From the human T2T-CHM13v2.0 reference genome, Homo sapiens: 64,000 bases of DNA. The stretch's first letter is position 1. Each line of letters opens with the position of its first letter. The notes under the pieces were generated by a model. It was not told where the DNA came from and made no database searches. It worked only from the letters and a program-made list of their open reading frames with translations. Both the position numbers and the translations under genes were made by a program. This document shows positions 54,501 to 64,000 of this stretch, piece by piece. The DNA is taken from NCBI RefSeq assembly GCF_009914755.1, contig NC_060931.1. One strand, 5' to 3'.

Positions 54501-57500
54501 ATTAATCTTCGTTTTAGTTTCTATGTGAAGATATTTCCTTTTCCACAATAGACCTCAAAGGACCCCAAATATGCACTTGCACATTCAACAAAGATAGAGT
54601 TTAAAATCTGCTCAATCAAAAGAAAGGTTCAACTCTGCGAGATGAATGCACGCATCACAAAGAAGTTTCTGAGAATGCTTCTGTGTAGTTTTTATGTGAA
54701 GATATTTCCTTTTTCACCATAGGGGGCAAAGGACTCCAAAGATCCACTTGCAGATTCTACAAAAAGAGAGATTCAAAACTGTTCAATGAGAAGATGAGTT
54801 CAACTCTGTGAGTTGAATGCACAACTCACAAAGAAGTTTCTCAGAATGCTTCTGTGTAGTTTTTATGTGAAGATATTTCCTTTTCCACCATAGGCCTCAA
54901 AGCGCTCCAAATATCCTCATGCAGATTCTACAAAAAGAGTGTCTCCATACTACTCATTCAAAAGAAAGGTTCAGCTCTGTCTGATGAATCCCCACATCAC
55001 AAAGAAGTTTCTCAGAATTTTTCTGTATAGTTTTTATGTGAAGATATTTCATTTTCCACAATAGGATAAAAGTGCTCCAAACATACACTTGCAGAATCTA
55101 CAAAAAGAGTGTTTCAAAACTGCTCGATCTAAAGAAAGGTTGAACTCTGTTAGATGTATGCACACATCACAAAAAGGTTTCTCAGAATGCTTCCTTGTAG
55201 TTTTTATGTGAAGATATTTCCTTTTCAACAATAGGCCTGAAAGCGCTCCAATTATGAACTTGTAGATTCTACAAGCAGATTGGTTCAAATCTGTGCAATC
55301 AAAAGAAAGTTTCAACTCTGTGTGATGAATGCATACATGACAAAGAAGTTTCTCAGAATGCTTCTGTGTAGGTTTAATGTGAAGATATTTCCTTTTCCAC
55401 CAGAGGCCTCAAAGTGCTCAAAATATACTGTTGCAGATTCTACAAAAAGAGTGTTTCAAAATTGCTGAATCAAAAGGAAGGTTCAACTCTGTGAAATGAA
55501 TTCACACATCATAAGAAATTTATCAGAATGCTTCTACGTAGTTTTTATGTAAACATACTTCGTTTTCCACAACAGGCCTCACAGTGCTCCAAATATCCAC
55601 TTGCAGATATCTAAAAAAAGTGTGTTTCAAAACTGCTCAATCAAAAGAGAGCTTCAACCCTGTGAGATGAACGCATACATCACAAAGAAGTTTCTTAGAA
55701 TGTTTCTGTGTAGTTTTTATGTGAAGATATTTCCTTTTCCACCATAGGCCTCAAAGCGCTCCAAATATCTGCTTGCAGATATTACAAAGAGTGTTTCAAA
55801 ACTGCTCAATCAAAATAAAGGTTCAACTCTGTGAGATGAATGCATACATCACAAAGAAGTTTCTCACAATGCTACTGTGTAGTTTTTATGTGAAGATATT
55901 TCCTTTTCTCATTAGGCCTCAAAGCTCTCCAAGTATACACTTGCAGATTCTAATAAAAGAGTGTTTCCAAACTGCTCAATCAAAAGAGAGGATCAATTCT
56001 GTGAGATGAATGCACAAATCACAAAGAAGTTTCTCAGAATGCTTCTGTTTACTTTTTAATGTGAAATTATTTCCTTTTCTACCATAGGCCGCAACGGGCT
56101 CCAAATATCCACTTGCAGTTTCTACAAAAAGGAGTTTCAAAGCTGTTTTATCAAAAGATCGGTTTAAATCTGTGAGTTGAGTGCACATATCACAAAGAAG
56201 TTTCTCAGAATGCTTCTGTGAAATTTTTATGTGAAGATATTTCCATTTCCATCATAGGCCTCAAAGTGCTCCAAATACCCACTTGCAGATTCTACAAAAA
56301 GAGGCTTTCAAAACTGCTCAATCAAAAGAAAGGTTTAACTCTGTGACATGAATGCACACATTACAAAGAAGTTTCTCAGATTGCTTCTGTCTAGATTTTA
56401 TGTGAAGATATTTCCTTTTCTATCATCAGCCACAAAGGGCTCCAAATATCCACTTGCAGATTCTACAAAAAGAGAGTTTCAAAATTGGTCTATCAAAAGA
56501 TAGGTTCAAATCTGCGAGTTGAATGTACAAATAACAAAGAAGTTTCTCAGAATGCTTCTGTGTAGTTTTTATGTGCAGATATTTCCTTTTATACCATAGG
56601 CCTCAAAGTGCTCCAAATATTCCCTTGCAGATTCTACAAAAAGAGTGTTTCAAAACTGCTCAATCAAAAGAAAGGTTCAACTCTGTGAGACGAATGCACA
56701 CAAAACAATGTATTTTTTGAGTATGTTTCTGTGGATTTTTATGTGAAGATATTTCTTTTTCCACAATAGGCCTCAAAGGGCTCCAAATATCCAACTGCAG
56801 ATTCTAAAAAAAGAGTGTTTCAAAACTGCTGAGACAAATGAAAGGTTCAACTCTGTCCGATGAATGCACACATCACAAAGAAGCTTCTCAGGATGCTTCT
56901 GTGTAGTTTTTATGGGAAGATAGTTCCTTTTCCACCATCGGCCACAAAGGGCTCCAAATAAACACTTGCATATCCTACAAAAAGTGAGTTTCAAAACTGC
57001 TCTATCAAAAAATAGGTTCAACTCTGTGAGTTGAATGCACACATCACAAAGTAGTTTCTCAGAATGCTTCTGCATAGTTTTTCTGTGAAGATATTTCCTT
57101 TTCCACAAGAGTCCTCAAAGGGCTCCAAATATCCGCTTGCAGATTTTACAAAAAGAGTGATTCAAAACTGTTCAATCAAAAGAAAGGTTCAACTCTGTGA
57201 GATGAATGCACACATCACAAAGAAGTTTCTCAGATTGCTTCTGTCTAGATTTTATGTGAAGATATTTTCTTTTCTACGATAGACCCCAAAGCGCTCCAAA
57301 TGTTCTCTTGCAGACTCTACAAAAAGAGTGCTTCCAAACTGCTCAATCATAAAAAAAGGTTCAACTCAGTGAGATGAACGCATGGATCTGGAGGAAGTTC
57401 CTCAGAATTCCTCTGTCTATTTTTTATGTGAAGATATTTCATTTTCCACCATAGGCCTCAAGGGGCTCGAAATGTCCACTTGCAGGTTCTACAAAAAGAG

Positions 57501-60500
57501 TATTTCAAAACTGCTCTATCAAAAGAAAGATTTAACTCTGTGAGATGAATGCACACATCACAAAGTAGTTTCTCAGTTTGCTTCTGTCTAGATTTTATGT
57601 GAAGATATTTCCTTTTCCACCATAGGCCTCAAAGCACACGAAATGTACACTTGCAGATTCTAAAAAAAGAGTGTTTCCAAAATGCTCAATCAAAAGAATG
57701 GTTCAACTCTGTGAGATGAACACACACATCACAAAGAAGTTTCTCAGAATTCTTCTGTCTAGTTTTTAGGTAAAGATATTCCCTTTTCCACCATAGGCCT
57801 CAAAGCGATCCAAATGTCCACTTGCAGATTCTACAAAAAGAGAGTTTCAAAACCACTCAATGCAAAGAAAGGTTTAACTCTGTGAAATGAATGGACACGT
57901 CTCAAAGTAGTTTCTCAGATTGCTTCTGTCTAGATTTTATTTGAAGATATTTCCTTTTCTACCATAGGCTGCAAAGTGCTCCAAATGTCGACGTGCAGAT
58001 TCTACAAAAAGAGTGTTTCCAAACTACCCAATCAAAAGAAAGTTCAACTATGTGAGACGAATGCACTCATCACAAAGAGGTTTCTCATAATTCTTATGTT
58101 AAATTTTTATGAGAAGATATATCTTTTTCCACCTTAGGTCTCAAGGCGCTCCAATTGTCCACTTGCAGATTCTAGAAAAAGAGAGTTTCCAAACTGCTCA
58201 ATCAAAAGAAACGTTCAACTCTGTGAGATGAATGCACACATCACAAAGAAGTTTCTCAGATTGCTTCTGTCTAGATTTTATGTAAAGGTATTTCCTTTTC
58301 TAACGTAGGCCGCAAAGTGCTCCAAATGTCCACTTGCAGATTCTACAAAAAGAGTGTTTTCAAACTGTTCAATCAAAAGAAAGTTTCAAATCCGTGAGAT
58401 GAACGCACATATCACAAAGAAGTTCCTCAGAATTTTCTTTCTAGTTCTTATGTGAAGATATTTCTTTTTCCACCTTAGGCTTCAAGACACTCAAAATGTC
58501 CATTGGCAGAATCTACCAAAAGAGTATTTCAAAACTGGTCCATCAAAAGAAATGTTCAACTCTGGGAGATAAATGCACACATCACAAAGAAGTTTCTCAG
58601 AGTACTTCTATCTAGTTTTTATGTGAAGATATTTCCTTTTCCACCATAGGTCTCAAAGAGCTCCAAATGTCCATTTGTAGATTCCATTAAAAGAGAGTTT
58701 CAAGACCACTGAATCAAAGAAAGGTTTAACTCTGTGAGATGAATGCACATATCACAGAGATGTTTCTCAGATTGCTTCTGTCTAGATTGTATGTGAAGAT
58801 ATTTCCTTTTCAACCATAGGCTGCAAAGCGCTCCAAATGTCCACTTGCAGATTCTACAAAAAGAGTGTTTCCCAACTGCTCAATCAAAAGAAAGGTTTAA
58901 CTCCGTCAGATGAATGCACACATCACAAAGAAGTTTCTCAGATTGCTTTTGTCTAGATTTTATGTGAAGATATTTCCCTTTCTACCGTAGGCCGCAAAGC
59001 GCTCCAAATGTCCACTTGCAGATTCCACATAAACCGAGTTTCCAAACTTCTCAAACAAAAGGAAGGTTCAACTCTGCGAGGTGAAGGCACACATCAGATA
59101 GAAGTTTCTCAGAATTCTTCTGTCTAGTTTTTAAGTGAAGATGTTTCCCTTTCCAGCATAGGCCTCAAAGCATTCCAAATGTCCACTTTCAGATGCTACA
59201 AAAAGAGAGTTTCAAAATTGCTCCATCAAAAGAAATGTTTAACTCTCTGTGATGAATGCACACATCATGAAGAAGTTTCTCAGATTGCTTATGCGTAGAT
59301 TTTATGTGAAGATATTTCCTTTTCTACCATAGACTGAAAAGCACTCCAAATGTCCACTTGCAGATCCTACAAAGAGACTGTTTCCAAACTGCTCAATCAA
59401 AAGAAAGGTTAAACTCTGTGAGATGAATAAACATGCCACAAAGAAGTTTATCAGAATTTTTCTGTCTAGTTTTTATGTGAAGATATTTCCTTTTCTAACA
59501 TAGGCCATAAAGCGCTCAAAATAACCACTTGCAGATTCTACAAAAAGAGTATTTCCAAACTGTTCAATCAAAAGAAAGGTTCAACTCTGTGAGATGAACG
59601 CACACATCACAAAGAAGTTTCTCAGAATACTTCTGTATAGTTTTTAGGTGGAGATATTTCCTTTTCCACCATAGGCCTCAAAGCGCTCCAAATGTCCAAC
59701 TGCAGATACTACAAAAAGAGACTTTCAAAACTGCTCAATCCAAAGAAAGGTTTAACTCTGTGAGACGAATGCACACATGCCAAAGAAGTTTCTCAGATTG
59801 CTTCTGTCTAGATTTTATATGAAAATATTTCCTTTTCTACCATAGATGGCAAAGCACTCGAAATGTCCACTTGCAGATTCCACAAAAAGAGAGTTTCCAA
59901 ACTGCTCAATCAAAAGAAAGTTTCAATTCTGTGAGATGAACGCACACATCACAAAGAAGTTTCTCAGAATTCTTCTGCCTAGTTTTTATGCAAAGATATT
60001 TCCTTTTCTACCATAGGACGCAAAGCGCTCCAAATGTCCACTTGCAGATTCCAGAAAAAGAGAGTTTCAAAACTGTTCTATCAAAAGAAAGGTTTAACTC
60101 AGAGAGATGAATGCAAACATCACAAAGAAGTTTCTCAGGTTACTTCTGTCTAGATTTTATGTGAAGGTATTTCCTTTTCTACCATAGGCTGCAAAGCGCT
60201 CCAAATGTCCACTTGCCGTTCCTAAAAACAGAATGTTTCCAAACTGCTCAATCAAAAGAAAGTTTCAACTCTGTGAGGTGAATGCACATATCACAAAGAA
60301 GTTTCTCAGAATTCTTCTCTCTAGTTTTTATGCGAAGATATTTCCTTTTCTACCATAGGCCTCAAAGCACTCCAAATGGCCACTTGAAGATTCTACAAAA
60401 AGAGAGTTTCAAATCTGCGCAATCCAAAGAAAGGTTTAACTCTGTGAGATGAATGCACACATCACGAAGAAGTTTCTCAGATTGCTTCTGTCTAGATTTT

Positions 60501-63500
60501 ATATGAAAATATTTCCTTTTCTACAATAGGTGGCAAAGCGTTCCAAATGTCCACTTGCAGGTTCCACAAAAACAGTGTTTCCAAACTGCTCAGTCAAAAG
60601 AAAGTTTGAACTCTGTGAGATTAACGCACACATCACAAAGAAGTTTCTCAGAATTCTGTCTAGTTTTTATGTGAAGATGTTTCCTTTTCTACCATAGGAC
60701 GCAAAGCGCTCCAAATGTCCACTTGCAGACTTTACAAAAAGAGACTTTCAAAACTGCTCTATCAAAAGAAATGTTTAACTGAGTGAGATGAATGCATACA
60801 TCACAAAGAAGTTTCTCAGGTTGCTACTGTCTAGATTTTATGTGAAGATATTTCCTTTTCTACCTTAGGCTGCAAAGTGCTTCAAATGTCCACTTGCAGA
60901 TTCGACAAAAAGAGAGTTTCAAAGCTGCTCAATCAAAAGAAAGGTTTAACTCTGTGAGATGAATGCACACATCACAAAGGAGTTTCTCAGATTGCTTCTG
61001 TCTAGATTTTTTGTGAAGATATTTTCTTTTATTCCGTAGGCCATAAATCACTGCAAATGTCCACTTGCAGATTCTACAAAAAGACTATTTTCAAACTGCT
61101 CAATCAAAAGAAAGGTTCAACTCTGTGAGATGAACGCACACATCACAAAGAAGTTTCTGAGAATTCTTCTGTCTAGTTTTTATGTGAAGATATTTCCTTT
61201 TCTACCATAGGCCTCAAAACTCTCCAAATATACACTCACAGATTCTACAAAAAGGTTGTTTCAGAGCTGCTCAATAAACAGAAATTTTCAATGCTTTGAG
61301 ATGAATGCACACATCACAAAGGAGATTGTCAGAATGCTTCTGTCTACTTTTTATATGAACATATTTCCTTTTCCACCATAGGCCTCAATGTGCTCCAAAT
61401 GTCCACTTGCAGATTCTACAAAAAGAGAATTTCAAAACTGCTCAATCAAAAGAAGTTTTAACTCTGTGGGATCAATGCACACATCAGAAAGAAGTTTCTC
61501 AGATTGCTTCTTTCCGGATTTCATGTGAAGATATTTCTTTTTCTAACATAGGCTGCAAAATGCCCAAAATGTCCACTTGCAGATTCTACAAAAAGAGTGT
61601 TTCCAAACTGCTCAATCAAAGGAAAGTTTCAACCTTGTGAGATGAACGCACGCATCCCAAAAACTATCTCAGAATTCTTCTGTCTAGTTTTCATGTGAAG
61701 ATATTTCACTTTCCACCATAGGCCTCAAAGTGCTCCAAATATCCACTTGCAGATCCTACAAAAAGAGTGTTTCAAAACTGCTCAATCAAAAGAAAGTTTT
61801 GACTCTGTGAGATGAATGCGCACATCACAAAGAGGTTTCTCAGATTGCTTCTGTCTAGATTTTATTTGAAGATATTTCCTTTTGTACCATAGGCTGCAAA
61901 GGGCTCTAAATGTCCACTTGCAGATTCTACAAAAAGAGTGTTTCCAAACTGCTCTATTGAAAGAAATGTTCCACTCTGTGAGATGAACGCACACATCACA
62001 AAGATGTTTCTCAGAATTCTTCTGTCTAGTTTTTATGTGAAGATATAACCTTTTCCACCGTAGGCCTCAAAGCGCTCCAAATGTCCACTTGCAGGTTCTA
62101 CAAAAAGAGTGTTTTGAAACAGCTCTATCAAAAGAAAGGTTTAACCCTGTGAGATGAGTGCACCCTTCACAAAGAAGGTGATCAGATTGCTTCTGTCTAG
62201 ATTTTATGTGAAGATATTTCCTTGTCCTCCGTTGGCCTCAATGCGCTCCTAATGTCCAATTGCAGATTCTACAAAAAGAGTGCTGGAAAACTCCTCAATG
62301 AAAAGTAAGTTTCCACTCTGTGAGATGAATGCACGCATCACAAAGATGTTTGTCAGAATGCTTCTGTCTAGTTTTTATGTGAAGATATTTCGTTTTCCAC
62401 CATAGTCCTCAAAGCGCTCCAAATGTCCACTTGCAGATTGTACAAAAAGTGTGTTTCAAAGCTGCTCAAACAAAAGGAAGGTTCAACTCTGTGACATAAA
62501 TGCAAACATCACAGAGAAGTTTCTCAGAATGCATTTGTCTAGTTTTTATGTGAAGATATTTCTTTTCTCACCATAGGCTTCAAAGCGCTCCAAATGTCCC
62601 CTTGCAGATGCCACAAAAAGAGTTTTTCAAAGCTGCTCAATCAAAAGAAAACTTAAACCCTCTGAGATGAATGCACACATCACAAAGCAGCTTGTCAGAA
62701 TGATTCTGTCTAGTTTTTATGTGAAGATATTTCCTTTTCCACCATATGCCTCAAAGCACTCCAAATGTCCACTTGCAGATAGTACAAAAAGGGTGTTTCA
62801 AAACTGCTCAGTCAAGTTAAGGTTCAACTTGGTGAGACAAATGCACATATCACAAAGAAGGTTGTCAGAATGCTTCTGTGTAGTTTTAATGTGAAGATAT
62901 TTCCTTTTCCATCATAGGCCTCAAAGCACTCTAAATGTCCACTTAATGATTCTACAAAAAGAGTGTTTCCCCCTGCTCAATGAAAAGTAAGTTTCAACTC
63001 TGTGAGATGAATGCACACATTACAAAGACGTTTGTCAGAATGCTTCTGTCTAGTTTTTATGTGAAGATATTTCCTTTTCCACCATATGCCACAAAGCTCT
63101 CCAAATGTCCTCTGGCAGATGCTCCAGGAAGAGTATTTAAAGCTGCTCAATCCAAAGAAAAGTTCAACTCTGTGAGATGACGGCACACATCACGAAGTAA
63201 CTTCTCAGAATGCTTCTGTTTGCTTTTTATGTGGAGATATTTCTTTTTTACCATAGGCCTCAAATCACTCCAAAAGTCCAATTGCAGGTTCTACAAAAAG
63301 ACTGTATCAAACCTGCTAAATCGAAAGTAAGGTTCAACTCTGTGAGATGAATGCACTGATTACCAAGAAATTTCTCAGAATGCTTCTGTCTACTTGTTAC
63401 ATGAAGATATTTCCTTTTCCACCATAGGCCTCAAAGTACTCCAAATGTCCACATGCAGATAGTACAAATAGGGTGTTTCAAAGCTGCTCAAACAAAATGA

Positions 63501-64000
63501 AGTTTCCCTCTGTGATATGATTTACAGATCACAAAGTAATTTCTCAGATTGCTTCTGTCTAGATTTTATGTGAAGATATTTCCTTTTCCACCATAATCCT
63601 CAAAGAACTCCAAATGTCGATTTCCAGATCCTACAAAAAGAGAGCTTCAAAACTGCTCAATCAAAAGAAAGATTTAACTCTGTGAGATGAATGCACACAT
63701 CACAAAGAGGTTTCTCAGATTGCTTCTGTCTAGTTTTTATGTGAAGATATTTCCTTTTCCACCACAGGCCTCAAAGCACTCCAAATATCCAAATGCAAAT
63801 TCTACAAAAAGAGAGTTTCAAAACTGCTCAATCAAAAGAAAGATTTAACTCCGTGAGATGAATGAACACATCATAAAGAAGTTTCTCAGATTGATTCTGT
63901 CTAGATTTTATGTGAAGGTATTTACTTTTCTACCATAGGCTGCAAAGCCCTCCAAATGTCCACATGCAGATTCCACAAAAAGAGGGTTTCCAAACTGCTC
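51518..64000 (-). repeat. Alpha satellite, divergent non-HOR, ~73 monomers, continuing past the window end
   Basis: Same ~171 bp period and orientation as 29.9-44.7 kb; mixed monomer types. Confidence 0.98.

Noticed and set aside
33930-63186. Recurrent ORFs of the type MNAHITKKFLR...FYVKIFPFPP
   Set aside because: Translations of 171 bp alpha monomers (57 codons, frame-preserving); not genes.
29903-64000. CRISPR-like array or active centromeric HOR
   Set aside because: Contiguous monomers with no unique spacers; monomers too divergent for a live HOR, and no CENP-B box seen.

Overview
Primate (human or great-ape-like) pericentromeric transition window. I found no credible protein-coding gene, RNA gene or CRISPR array. 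About 1-29.9 kb is non-satellite DNA made of old L1M, L2, MIR, LTR and Tigger relics, four full-length Alus and one Alu fragment. It also holds a ~1.3 kb CpG-rich tandem repeat with unit AGCCGCGGCGGCGGGGGCAAAA (18.4-19.7 kb), consistent with pericentromeric segmental-duplication material. A ~540 bp polypyrimidine tract joins this directly to ~34 kb of divergent ~171 bp alpha satellite (29.9-64 kb). The monomers carry the pJalpha (A-type) motif, and I saw no CENP-B box. The array is a patchwork of an ancient 342 bp dimer and at least two other monomer types. It includes an opposite-strand block of exactly 40 monomers (44.7-51.5 kb) whose junctions do not fit a simple inversion, a 165 bp perfectly identical patch 5.1 kb from its twin, and several decayed 4-, 8-, 12- and 13-monomer duplications. 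The long ORFs in the track are explained by repeats. I do not see a new gene system; the most interesting signals are structural and evolutionary.
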